Source: an uncultured Bacteroidia bacterium
GTDB taxonomy: Bacteria > Bacteroidota > Bacteroidia > NS11-12g > UBA9320
Length of the DNA: 57,888 nt
Assembly: GCA_963924815.1 (NCBI GenBank)
Contig: CAWURO010000092.1
Coordinates: 1-57,888, forward strand
Direction: 5' to 3'
Part shown: in pieces, positions 39,183-48,375 of the stretch
How the letters are laid out: each line of letters opens with the position of its first letter
Position numbering within the stretch: position 1 is the first letter of the stretch
The notes under the pieces: model-generated
Told to the model about the DNA's origin: nothing
Databases searched by the model: none
The model's input: only the letters and a program-made list of their open reading frames with translations
Position numbers and translations under genes: made by a program

Positions 39183-39692
39183 TTAAAACCGTATTCCTAA
39201 TCCAAACATTAATAAACTACCGCTGATGCCAGGATTCCTATTAAAAGTTCTGCTTGCTTGTAGGGATAAATCAAAAGTTTTATCAATAAGGTATCCCGTA
39301 TTTATCATTACTCTATTCCCCATAAAATTTTCACTTTTATTATTGCCTAACAGATTAAATCCTCCCCCTACATATAGATTGGTTTTACCTATAAATTCTT
39401 CAAAGGATAATCCAACTTCAAAGTTAGAAAGCTCCGTTTTTAAAGTGTCAATTCCTTGGCCATTGGTATCAAGACTCACAATTAAAAATCCCAGATTAAA
39501 TTTTATTGTATTACCAAAGCTGAGATAAGGATTATAGGCAAATCCCTGTATTTTTTGAGTAGGAGAGGACTGCCCATTAAAACTACCCAATTTTAACGTC
39601 GCGTTAAAATAGGAATTTCTACTGGTGCTATCACTTTGTGCTAACGAACTTATGGTAAAAAAAATAGCAACGAATAGTAAACTCTTTTTCAT
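39183..39692 (-). CDS. Small outer membrane beta-barrel protein (hypothetical)
   Basis: Signal peptide MKKSLLFVAIFFTISSLAQ, beta-strand periodicity, terminal ...GLGIRF. Its stop is 1 nt from the GNAT start. Confidence 0.6.
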   Translation of the reverse strand: MKKSLLFVAIFFTISSLAQSDSTSRNSYFNATLKLGSFNGQSSPTQKIQGFAYNPYLSFGNTIKFNLGFLIVSLDTNGQGIDTLKTELSNFEVGLSFEEFIGKTNLYVGGGFNLLGNNKSENFMGNRVMINTGYLIDKTFDLSLQASRTFNRNPGISGSLLMFGLGIRF

Positions 39693-39859
39693 TTCCCTCA
39701 AAAATAATTATTTATGCATATAAAGCAATAATCAAGTAAAGTAAATCAGAAATGGGTTTTTACTTAAGACTAATACATAAAATGACCTGTCTAAATATTT
39801 TAGAAGGGTATAATGTTTTGACTTATTAAAAAGCCGAGTGTTAGTATATGGATTCTTAA

Positions 39860-42127
39860 CTAAAAAAGTCCTTTTTTACTCTGCGCATCTACCACCGCAA
39901 GATTAACTACGTTCACTATTTCACGGACTGAGCTGCCCAATTGCAGCACATGTACTGATTTTCTAAAACCTAAAAGTATAGGCCCAATTGCTTCTGAAAT
40001 ACCTAAGCTCTGCACCATTTTGTAAGCAATGTTACCTGAATTTAAATCCGGGAAAATAAATACGTTGGCATTTTCATTTCCTAGTTTAGAAAAAGGAAAT
40101 AACTCTTGGCGTAAATCCGCATTTAACGCGGTATTTGCTTGCATTTCACCATCTACTAATATTTCGGGATTTTCTCTATTTAACTTGGCAAGTGCCGTCC
40201 GAATATTACTAGGGGTAGTTCCTTTAGCAGATCCAAAATTACTGTAACTTAACATAGCGATTCGGGGCTTTATCTGCAAGTTGGTTACCATTCTATGGGT
40301 CAGTTTTACAATATCTACTAACTCGTCAGAAGTAGGTGCAATATTTACGGTAGTGTCGGCAAAGAAAAGTGGTCCTTGCTTGCTCATGATTATATACATC
40401 CCAGCTACCTTCGTAACACCATCTGTTTTTCCGATAATTTCAAGTGCCGGTCGTATAGTGTCTGGGTAGTTGCTGTTTTGGCCGCTTATAAATGCGTCTG
40501 CTTGACCGAGTTCTACCATCATCGCACCAAAATAAGTGCGTTGTCTCATCTTCTTAACGGCTTGGTGTAAAGTAAGTCCTTTACGTTGTCTCTTTTCGTA
40601 ATACAGTTTCCCGTATTGGTCTATCAATTCTGGAGAGCGACTTGGATCAATAATGGTACAATCACCTAAGTTTAGTCCCAATTCATCAATCGTAGATCGT
40701 ATTTGGTCTTCAAAACCAAGTAAAATGGGGATGCAAGATCCTTCTTCTCGGGCAACGTGTGCAGCTTTTAGTACTTTTGGATTATCGGCTTCACCAAAGA
40801 CCACACGTTGAGGGTTTTGCTTTGCTCTGTTGGCGATATTGCTAAGGAAACGGTTATCAAGACCCATTCGCTTGCGCAGTTCTGTTTTATACGCTTCCCA
40901 GTCTGTAATTTCTATTTGAGCTACACCACTTTCCATAGCTGCTTTTGCAACGGCAGGAGATACGGTAGTAATTAATCTTGGGTCTAATGGCTTCGGAATA
41001 ATGTAATTTTTGCCAAAGCTCATATCCGGTTGATTATAAGCCAGTAAAACTACGTCGGGTACAGGTTCTTTGGCAAGTGCGGCTAGTGCTTTAACAGCTG
41101 CAAGCTTCATTGCTTCATTTATAGCAGTAGCGCGCACATCCAGTGCTCCTCTAAAAATAAATGGGAATCCCAGTACATTATTTACTTGATTAGGATAATC
41201 AGATCGGCCTGTAGCCATAATAACATCTTCTCGGGCTGCAATAGCTTCTTCATAAGGTATTTCAGGGTTAGGATTGGCCAAGGCGAAAACAATGGGGTTT
41301 GCGGCCATAGAACGCACCATATCTTGAGTCATGATATTGCCTACTGAAAGTCCTAGAAATACATCTGCATTTACCAGCGCTTCTGCTAGGTTAGCATATT
41401 TTTTAGGTCGCTTAAACTCGTCTTTCCATTGGTCTAAATCTGTTCGGTCGTCGCTTACCTGTCCGTCTCTGTCAAACATATAAAGGTTTTCTTTTTGTAC
41501 CCCAATGGCTATCCACATTTTAACACATGAGATTCCCGCAGCTCCAGCGCCGCTTACCACTACTTTTACTTCTGCTGCATTTTTACCTGCTACTTCTAAC
41601 GCATTGATAAGACCTGCGGTACTTATAATAGCTGTACCATGTTGGTCATCATGCATCAACGGGATTTTCATCTCTCGCTTCAGGGTTTCTTCTATCAAGA
41701 AACTTTCAGGCGCTTTTATGTCTTCTAGGTTTATGCCGCCAAAAGTGGGTTCTAAAGCTTTTACTACATCTATAAACTTTTGTGGATCATTGGCGTCCAC
41801 CTCAATATCAAATACGTCTATATCTGCAAATATTTTGAAGAGTACACCTTTACCTTCCATAACCGGTTTTGAAGCTAAAGGGCCTAAATTACCCAATCCT
41901 AAAACAGCTGTACCGTTAGATATTACGGCTACTAAGTTTCCTTTGGCTGTGTATTTATAAGCGTCTTGTGGGTTTTTAAAAATCTCCTCACACGGTTCGG
42001 CTACTCCTGGTGAATAAGCCAAACTTAAATCTCTTTTAGTTTGAGTTGGTTTGGTAGGTACTACCTCTATTTTTCCTGGTCTTCCTTGCGAGTGGTAATC
42101 CAGTGCATTGTCAAATTGGCTATCCAT
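39860..42127 (-). CDS. maeB: NADP-dependent malic enzyme (malic enzyme plus phosphotransacetylase-like domain)
   Basis: 755 aa. LSLAYSPGVAEPC, GGINLEDI, VVSGAGAAG and a C-terminal PTA-like half. Confidence 0.94.
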   Translation of the reverse strand: MDSQFDNALDYHSQGRPGKIEVVPTKPTQTKRDLSLAYSPGVAEPCEEIFKNPQDAYKYTAKGNLVAVISNGTAVLGLGNLGPLASKPVMEGKGVLFKIFADIDVFDIEVDANDPQKFIDVVKALEPTFGGINLEDIKAPESFLIEETLKREMKIPLMHDDQHGTAIISTAGLINALEVAGKNAAEVKVVVSGAGAAGISCVKMWIAIGVQKENLYMFDRDGQVSDDRTDLDQWKDEFKRPKKYANLAEALVNADVFLGLSVGNIMTQDMVRSMAANPIVFALANPNPEIPYEEAIAAREDVIMATGRSDYPNQVNNVLGFPFIFRGALDVRATAINEAMKLAAVKALAALAKEPVPDVVLLAYNQPDMSFGKNYIIPKPLDPRLITTVSPAVAKAAMESGVAQIEITDWEAYKTELRKRMGLDNRFLSNIANRAKQNPQRVVFGEADNPKVLKAAHVAREEGSCIPILLGFEDQIRSTIDELGLNLGDCTIIDPSRSPELIDQYGKLYYEKRQRKGLTLHQAVKKMRQRTYFGAMMVELGQADAFISGQNSNYPDTIRPALEIIGKTDGVTKVAGMYIIMSKQGPLFFADTTVNIAPTSDELVDIVKLTHRMVTNLQIKPRIAMLSYSNFGSAKGTTPSNIRTALAKLNRENPEILVDGEMQANTALNADLRQELFPFSKLGNENANVFIFPDLNSGNIAYKMVQSLGISEAIGPILLGFRKSVHVLQLGSSVREIVNVVNLAVVDAQSKKGLF

Positions 42128-42167
42128 TTTGTTTGTTGTTTGTTTGGTTGCAATGTGTGCAAGTAGG

Positions 42168-42175
42168 CAAAGGTA
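42168..42175 (-). promoter_or_regulatory. -7 promoter box TACCTTTG (minus strand), 40 nt upstream of the maeB ATG, followed by an A/C-rich leader
   Basis: Exact TAnnTTTG on the reverse complement. The leader reads CCAAACAAACAACAAACAAA. Confidence 0.45.
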
Positions 42176-42422
42176 TTTTTACAAACTGTAAGGCAAAATA
42201 GAAAAACTAACCTGATGCGTCTAAAATGAGACACTTCTGAAAGTATATTTGTACGTAGTGGAAACCAAATTTAATGGTAATATTTCTGCTCTGTGGCTTA
42301 CAGTATTACTTTCATAAAATGCCAGAGGGACTTACGAAATACTGGTTGCAGTGGAGGTCTACGAGCTTGCAATCGAAATGTGACAATTAACGAGCATACT
42401 CTTAAATCACTGAGAATGTAAT

Positions 42423-42430
42423 TACCTTCG
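42423..42430 (+). promoter_or_regulatory. -7-like box TACCTTCG (one mismatch), 5 nt upstream of ATG 42436
   Basis: Read directly. Confidence 0.3.
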
Positions 42431-42435
42431 TCGGT

Positions 42436-43548
42436 ATGAACTACTCCTATTGGGAAAAGGAATACTTACTAGCAAACATAGATTATCTTATTGTGGGAAT
42501 GGGTCTTGTAGGCCTACAATCGGCGATTGGTATCAAAGAGGCCAAGCCTAATGCTAAAGTAGTCGTGATTGATAAGCACAGCTGGGGATTAGGTGCGAGT
42601 ACGCGTAATGCCGGATTTGGTTGCTTTGCAAATGTGAGCGAAATACTGGATGACTTACAGCACGATTCGATGGAAAATGTATACGCCACCATCCGTAAAA
42701 GGTACAATGGATTACAAAAGCTAAGGAGTAAGTTTGGAGATGCCGCTATAGGATATGAAAATATAGGAAGCATTGAAATTTTTACCAAAGAAAACAAAGC
42801 CTATTTGCACAAAGGCATAGATAGCCTGCAAGGAATAAATACGATCCTATACACAGAATTAGGCCTAGATAACGTGTTTAGTTTCCGTAGTAATAATGCG
42901 TTGCCCAATACCATTGGGGCTATACATAATGCTTTTGAAGGTCAATTAAATACGGGTAAATTATACGAAACTGTTTATCAGTACGCTCAACAGTTAGGCA
43001 TAATGCTGTATGGAGGAATAGAGGTTACGGAATGGGAAGGAGATAACGATATACTGGTGCAAACCACGAATGATTTTAGGCTAAAAACTAAAAATTTGAT
43101 TCTCTGCACCAATGCATTTACCGCTAAATTAATTGATGAGGATATAGTGCCTCGTAGAGGGCAAGTAATCGTAAGTGAACGCATTGAAAATCTGCCATGC
43201 AAAGGACCCCATTTTTACGATAGCGGGTATTACTATTGGCGAGATATAGACCAAAGAATATTACTTGGAGGAGCACGTAACAAGGATGTGGAAGGCGAAA
43301 ATTCGTATGACCTCGTCCCAAATGATACAGTGTTGGCAGAATTGAAACGCTTTATGAACGAGCAAATTTTTGGCAGAGAAGTAGCCATAGATTATGAGTG
43401 GAGTGGTATTATGGGAATGGGAAAAAGCAATGAAAAACAACCCATAGTAAAACGATTATCAACGAATAGTATAGTTGCGGCAAGGCTAGGTGGTATGGGC
43501 GTAGCTTTAAGTGCGAACGTAGCAGAAGAAGTGGTTTCTTTGATTTAG
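42436..43548 (+). CDS. FAD-dependent oxidoreductase (DAO family)
   Basis: 370 aa. Dinucleotide fold DYLIVGMGLVGLQSA...VVVIDK and a C-terminal GMGVALS. Confidence 0.85.
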   Translation: MNYSYWEKEYLLANIDYLIVGMGLVGLQSAIGIKEAKPNAKVVVIDKHSWGLGASTRNAGFGCFANVSEILDDLQHDSMENVYATIRKRYNGLQKLRSKFGDAAIGYENIGSIEIFTKENKAYLHKGIDSLQGINTILYTELGLDNVFSFRSNNALPNTIGAIHNAFEGQLNTGKLYETVYQYAQQLGIMLYGGIEVTEWEGDNDILVQTTNDFRLKTKNLILCTNAFTAKLIDEDIVPRRGQVIVSERIENLPCKGPHFYDSGYYYWRDIDQRILLGGARNKDVEGENSYDLVPNDTVLAELKRFMNEQIFGREVAIDYEWSGIMGMGKSNEKQPIVKRLSTNSIVAARLGGMGVALSANVAEEVVSLI

Positions 43549-43663
43549 GACGTGAGATAAAAGAGTGATTACGCAATATTAGAAACGATTAAAATTACAA
43601 ATGTCCAACCAGACGGAATAAAAACCCGTCTTGAATCTGTTCTATCTCAAGTAATACACAATA

Positions 43664-43693
43664 AAAAACGCATCTCTCTCGAGATGCGTTTCA
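43664..43693 (+). terminator. Rho-independent terminator downstream of the FAD oxidoreductase gene
   Basis: AAACGCATCTC-TCTC-GAGATGCGTTT is a perfect 11-bp stem with an A run before it and a T-rich tail after it. Confidence 0.7.
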
Positions 43694-43702
43694 AAATATC
43701 TA

Positions 43703-43730
43703 AGGACAAGATTGTCTTAAATCTTGTCCT
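43703..43730 (-). terminator. Hairpin terminator downstream of the acyl-CoA dehydrogenase gene
   Basis: AGGACAAGAT-n8-ATCTTGTCCT is a perfect 10-bp stem, followed on the minus strand by ATATTTTGA. Confidence 0.6.
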
Positions 43731-43757
43731 ATATCATAAATCGGACAGTAAAGCCGA

Positions 43758-44900
43758 CTAATCCTTTAATATGCTTCTAGCAATAACGATACGCTGTACT
43801 TCGCTAGTTCCCTCGTATATCTGAGTTATCTTAGCGTCGCGCATCATACGCTCTACGTGATATTCTTTTACAAAGCCATATCCGCCGTGTATTTGTACTG
43901 CTTCTGTAGCTACCCACATAGCGGTTTCAGAAGCAAATAATTTTGCCATACTTGCTGCTTGAAGAAAATCTTCACCTTGATCTTTTAGGTAAGCTGCCTT
44001 AAAACAAAACAGTCTTGCAGCCTCTATTTTTGTGGCCATATCAGCTAGCTTAAATTGAATCACTTGGTGATTCATGATTTCCGTACCAAACGCTTTTCTT
44101 TCTTTTGAATATTTCAGTGCTCTCTCGTATGCACCACTTGCTATACCCAATGCCTGTGCAGCAATACCAATACGACCACCACTTAATACTTGCATGGCAA
44201 ACTTAAAGCCGAACCCTTCTTCTCCTATCCTATTTGCTTTAGGTACTTTTACATCTTGGAACATTAGCGAGTGCGTATCAGAACCTCTAATGCCGAGTTT
44301 GTCTTCTTTCTTGCCAACTTGGAAACCTTCCATGTCTGAAGTTACAATAAGGCAATTAATCCCTTTGTGTCCTTTTTCAACATCGGTTTGCGCCATTACC
44401 AAAAATGTTTTTCCGGTGCTACCGTTGGTAATCCAATTTTTGGTTCCATTTAAAAGATAATAGTCGCCCATGTCTATGGCAGTTGTGCGCTGGCTGGTGG
44501 CATCACTGCCAGCCTCTGGTTCACTTAAGCAAAAGCCACCATGAATTTGTCCGCTGGCAAGTGGACGTAAAAATTTTTCTTTCTGTTCCTCTGTTCCATA
44601 CTTTTCTAATCCCCAGCATACTAATGAATTATTTACACTCATTACCACGCTAGCACTTGCGTCTATTTTAGAGATTTCTTCCATTGCTAGCACATAGCTA
44701 ATGGTATCCATTCCGCTGCCTCCCCACTTAGGGTCAACCATCATGCCTAACATACCAAGTTCGCCCAGCTTTTTGATTTGCTCATACGGAAATCGTTGCT
44801 CATTATCTCTTTCGATAACGCCTGGCAGTAATTCTGTCTCAGCAAAATCACGCGCAGCTTGCTGTATCATTAAGTGTTCTTCAGATAGTTCGAAATTCAT
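43758..44900 (-). CDS. Acyl-CoA dehydrogenase (short/medium-chain type)
   Basis: 380 aa. GFCLSEPEAGSD, QIHGGYGF, YEGTSEVQR. Confidence 0.93.
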   Translation of the reverse strand: MNFELSEEHLMIQQAARDFAETELLPGVIERDNEQRFPYEQIKKLGELGMLGMMVDPKWGGSGMDTISYVLAMEEISKIDASASVVMSVNNSLVCWGLEKYGTEEQKEKFLRPLASGQIHGGFCLSEPEAGSDATSQRTTAIDMGDYYLLNGTKNWITNGSTGKTFLVMAQTDVEKGHKGINCLIVTSDMEGFQVGKKEDKLGIRGSDTHSLMFQDVKVPKANRIGEEGFGFKFAMQVLSGGRIGIAAQALGIASGAYERALKYSKERKAFGTEIMNHQVIQFKLADMATKIEAARLFCFKAAYLKDQGEDFLQAASMAKLFASETAMWVATEAVQIHGGYGFVKEYHVERMMRDAKITQIYEGTSEVQRIVIARSILKD

Positions 44901-45056
44901 TTTGAAAAATATTATTGCAAATGTAACAGATTAGGTGACCAAATAGGTGTGTAAATAGGCGAGTAACCTTGTTTAAATTGGGTTAAAATAATGAAAACGT
45001 GGATTCAAACGTATTCTAAATGTATGATAACTAGGGTTATAAACGCGGAAATAAGT

Positions 45057-45087
45057 AAAAAAATGCCCGCAAAAGGGTGCAGGCATC
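45057..45087 (-). terminator. Rho-independent terminator after the MFS transporter gene
   Basis: The minus strand reads GATGCCTGCACCCTTTTGCGGGCATTTTTTT: an imperfect GC-rich stem plus T7. Confidence 0.6.
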
Positions 45088-45112
45088 TAAGTTGTCTATT
45101 AGGCTAGTATTT

Positions 45113-46849
45113 TTAGTGACTTGCTTCCATTTCTACATGGTCTATGTCAATATGTTGCTTTTTCAAAATACCTTTTACTAAAAAGGCAAATAAGGTCAAA
45201 TACGCAAAGCAAACTATGGCAACAATAAATGATTGGTGTATACCAATAAGATCTGACAATTTTCCTTGTATTGGAGGAATAATACCGCCGCCTAAAATCA
45301 TCATCACTAAAAATGCTGATCCTTGAGATGTGTATTTTCCCAGCCCTATGATAGAAAGACTAAAAATAGCAGGCCACATAATACTGCAAGCTAAACCACC
45401 CGCTAGGAAAGCGTAAATGGCTACAGTGCCGGTAGTAGTTAACCCTATAAGCATTGCCAAAATACCTAATGCTCCAAAAACCATAAGTGTTCTAGCTGGT
45501 TTATCCTTGCTAAAAAAGAAGGCTCCAATTTGCAGGAAAACGCACAATACATAGTAATAAAGAGGAGTCATGTCTTTGCCTGAAAGTATATTTACCCCGA
45601 GAATAAGCGCGAACGCTACTAAGGGAACAATGATTACGGCAATAGTTCTTTTAACCCCTTTCAGGTTAAACACACTAATGGCTCCTGCCCAGCGTCCTAT
45701 CATTAAACTGCCCCAGTACATAGAGATATATGGAGCAATCTCTGATGATTGTAATCCTCCAAAGGAATCTAGTTTTAAGAGCTCACCCAGATTAGAACCT
45801 ATGGCAACCTCTACGCCAACATAAGTAAAAATGGCAAGCATCCCAAGTACCAACTGAGGGTATTGCATCGCACCCCAGCCATCTGGTTTTTTCTTAGCTG
45901 CAGTATATGAAAACAATAAACCTCCCACAACCGTAATTAAGGCTCCAATCAACCAGGTCATTCTATAGTTTTCTAATCCTTTACTTAATTCTGTAATTCT
46001 TGTCTCCTTTGAGGAAATTAAATCAAGATTGATATTGTCTAAATTAGCCTCTTTTAGTCCAACTATTTCACTCCCTAAGGTTATTAGTTCAGCTGCTTCA
46101 GCACTTTTATAACTGCTAAATACGGGAACAAACATAATGGCCAATAATACAGTCATTACGGATAAGGTGATGAGTGCTTTGTTTGCTTTTTCAACAGGCT
46201 CCGTGGTAATACCGTCAGGTACTTTTTTGGAGAAAAAGAAAAGACCTGCAGCTAGAACAAATAGCAATCCAACACCTACATATAAGTATATAACCTTGCT
46301 AAGTTCCAACATTTTTATTTGTTCATCCGTAATGGTAGCTGCTGTGCCAAATAAGGCTAGTGCAACTACGATTGGGCCTATAGTGGTCCCTAAAGAGTTA
46401 ATCCCGCCTCCTAAATTAACACGACTAGCTCCTGTTTTAGGGTCGCCTAGTAAGATTGCAAATGGATTAGCTGCAGTTTGTTGCAATGAAAAACCGAGTG
46501 CTACAATAAATAGACCTACTAGCATTCCTGCATATAGATTGGCTTGCACTGCAATGATCATTGCCCCAGCTCCAAGAGCAGAAAAAAGTAATCCATAAAC
46601 GATACTTTTTTTATAGCCCCACTTACCTACAATTTCAGTGCCGCCTAAGGTGCCAAATGCAAATAGTAAAAGTGCACCTAAATAGTACGCCGTATAAAAG
46701 GCAAAGTCTACTAGCTGTGACTGAAATTGGTCTAGCGAAAAGTACGATTTACAAAAGGGAATAAAGATGCTATTCCCTGCGGCAATAAAGCCCCAAAAGA
46801 AAAATACGGTTATCAGTGTATACAGTGCTGGGTAGTTGGTTTTGGTCAT
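45113..46849 (-). CDS. Sugar MFS transporter (FucP / glucose-galactose type) with an extra central two-helix insertion
   Basis: N-terminus [34 protein letters not shown] is typical of FucP-family permeases. There are at least 14 hydrophobic segments. The ATG at codon 17 of the track ORF is preferred over TTG 46897. Confidence 0.8.
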   Translation of the reverse strand: MTKTNYPALYTLITVFFFWGFIAAGNSIFIPFCKSYFSLDQFQSQLVDFAFYTAYYLGALLLFAFGTLGGTEIVGKWGYKKSIVYGLLFSALGAGAMIIAVQANLYAGMLVGLFIVALGFSLQQTAANPFAILLGDPKTGASRVNLGGGINSLGTTIGPIVVALALFGTAATITDEQIKMLELSKVIYLYVGVGLLFVLAAGLFFFSKKVPDGITTEPVEKANKALITLSVMTVLLAIMFVPVFSSYKSAEAAELITLGSEIVGLKEANLDNINLDLISSKETRITELSKGLENYRMTWLIGALITVVGGLLFSYTAAKKKPDGWGAMQYPQLVLGMLAIFTYVGVEVAIGSNLGELLKLDSFGGLQSSEIAPYISMYWGSLMIGRWAGAISVFNLKGVKRTIAVIIVPLVAFALILGVNILSGKDMTPLYYYVLCVFLQIGAFFFSKDKPARTLMVFGALGILAMLIGLTTTGTVAIYAFLAGGLACSIMWPAIFSLSIIGLGKYTSQGSAFLVMMILGGGIIPPIQGKLSDLIGIHQSFIVAIVCFAYLTLFAFLVKGILKKQHIDIDHVEMEASH

Positions 46850-47125
46850 TTTGTGATTAAAAAAGTGGTTAACAATGGAAACGAATATACATACCAAATT
46901 GAAAAGAAAAAGAAAAATCGAAATTACTTGTAGTAAAATATACTATAAGCGAATATCGTTTTAGGTGAATTGCATTATTATTTTTTTTTACTTAAAACCC
47001 ATATTCTGTTATTTGTAAAGCTAAGTAGACTGTTTTTAGTGAAGTTGTAATTACAAGCTTTATAGGGCTCTTCATATAGGGATAACAACCTTCTTTTTCA
47101 TTTGCTAGTTGAATAGGTTTCCCGC

Positions 47126-47133
47126 TATCTTCG
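47126..47133 (+). promoter_or_regulatory. -7-like box TATCTTCG (one mismatch), 4 nt upstream of ATG 47138
   Basis: Read directly. Confidence 0.3.
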
Positions 47134-47137
47134 CAGC

Positions 47138-47629
47138 ATGTTCCCAACACTTACAGGAAATGGACGAATATGGATTTATGTAGCCAATAGACCTCTTACG
47201 GAAACCGAATCCTTAACTATACAAGAAAGACTTTCGGTGTTTTGTGAAAACTGGGCAGCTCATGGTAATCAACTTACAGCTGAATTTGTCATTTTTCATA
47301 ATCAACTCTTGGTATTAGGTGTAGATGAGGAAGTAGAAGCAGCTTCAGGTTGCAGCATAGACCAGACTTCTGCCATATTTAGACAAATTGATAAGGAAAT
47401 GAACTTGGACCTTTTTAACAGAATGAATCTCGCCTTTTTAGATGAGGATAAGGTTCGATTGGTACAGCTTCCAGAAATTACGCAAGCATTTCGTGTAGGG
47501 ATTATCCATCCTCAATCTACATTCCTAGATAATACCATAGGAGTTCTTTCTGATCTTCGGATTAGATGGCAAGTTCCTTTTGAAAAATCATGGGCGTTTA
47601 AAAGAGTTAAATCTTTAGAAAGCAGCTAA
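47138..47629 (+). CDS. Conserved hypothetical protein
   Basis: 163-aa ORF with no signal peptide. I recognise no motif. Followed 13 nt later by tsaB. Confidence 0.6.
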   Translation: MFPTLTGNGRIWIYVANRPLTETESLTIQERLSVFCENWAAHGNQLTAEFVIFHNQLLVLGVDEEVEAASGCSIDQTSAIFRQIDKEMNLDLFNRMNLAFLDEDKVRLVQLPEITQAFRVGIIHPQSTFLDNTIGVLSDLRIRWQVPFEKSWAFKRVKSLESS

Positions 47630-47642
47630 TCAATCCTAAAAA

Positions 47643-48323
47643 GTGCCTAAATTAGTTTTAATAGAATCTTCTGGAGATGTTTGCTCCGCAGCAGTATCTC
47701 ATGGTAGTCAGATTATTGCTGAAAAATCTATTCAAGAGCCCAACTCGCACTCCATTTATTTAGCACGATTTGTAGATGATGTCTTAAAAGAAAGCGGAAT
47801 AGAAATAGCGGAACTTGATGCGGTTGTTATTGGTGGGGGGCCGGGCTCGTATACCGGATTGCGAATTGGCTGTAGTTTAGCCAAAGGTCTTTGTTTTGGT
47901 TCAGGTTTACCTCTTATTGCATGTTCTACATTAGCTGCATTTGCAGCTTCAGCTCAATTACAATTTCCAAAAGCAGAACGTTTTATTTCATTGATAGACG
48001 CACGCAGAATGGATGCATATTTGGGAGTATATGATGAAAACCTAAATTCTATTGCTGAAGAGCAGTTTATCACAATAGATACACAACTGGCTGTTGATTA
48101 TACTCATGGGCAAACTATCGCTTGTGGATCGGGGGCGCTAAAATGGGTGCAAGAATTTAATCCTACAAATATTTTAATCAATTCACATACAGGTATTTAT
48201 GCTCGCAATTTGCTTCCTGAAGCACTTAAAAAATGGGAATCGGGGGAGTTAGAAAACGTGGTGTACTATGAGCCAAATTATATTAAATCAGTTTTTGTGA
48301 CAAAACCCAAGCCTAAACTTTAA
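47643..48323 (+). CDS. tsaB: tRNA threonylcarbamoyladenosine (t6A) biosynthesis protein TsaB
   Basis: 226 aa. LIESSGDVCSAAV and GGGPGSYTGLRIG. GTG start. Confidence 0.9.
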   Translation: MPKLVLIESSGDVCSAAVSHGSQIIAEKSIQEPNSHSIYLARFVDDVLKESGIEIAELDAVVIGGGPGSYTGLRIGCSLAKGLCFGSGLPLIACSTLAAFAASAQLQFPKAERFISLIDARRMDAYLGVYDENLNSIAEEQFITIDTQLAVDYTHGQTIACGSGALKWVQEFNPTNILINSHTGIYARNLLPEALKKWESGELENVVYYEPNYIKSVFVTKPKPKL

Positions 48324-48355
48324 CCCTAGGTTGCAGAAGACTAGCGCTCCTCTCT

Positions 48356-48363
48356 TATATTTG
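48356..48363 (+). promoter_or_regulatory. -7 promoter box TATATTTG, 12 nt upstream of ATG 48376 (start of the four-gene operon)
   Basis: Exact TAnnTTTG. It lies inside the TTG-extended version of the ORF, which supports the ATG start. Confidence 0.45.
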
Positions 48364-48375
48364 CAGCTATATCAA

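Noticed and set aside
43611-43631. A third small hairpin (AGACGG-n9-CCGTCT) in the convergent 43549-43757 spacer.
   Set aside because: Two much stronger terminators in the same spacer already account for termination in both directions. A 6-bp stem on its own is not informative.
1300-46598. Many 60-150-aa ORFs in the track lie antisense to or nested within large conserved genes. Examples: 1300-1497, 2115-2438, 5259-5585, 5416-5724, 6328-6642, 36272-36640, 38289-38618, 41505-41960, 44074-44460 and 46137-46598.
   Set aside because: Each lies entirely inside a strongly recognisable gene on the opposite strand or in another frame. They have low-complexity or skewed composition and no motifs, so I treat them as shadow ORFs.
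46790-46860. An apparent frame break near the 5' end of the MFS transporter gene when I translated by hand. One A-run seemed a base longer and another a base shorter than the ORF-track protein requires.
   Set aside because: The two discrepancies cancel out. The computed ORF track shows a continuous frame from 45113 to 46897. This is most likely my own miscount of homopolymers, so it is not reported as a frameshift.
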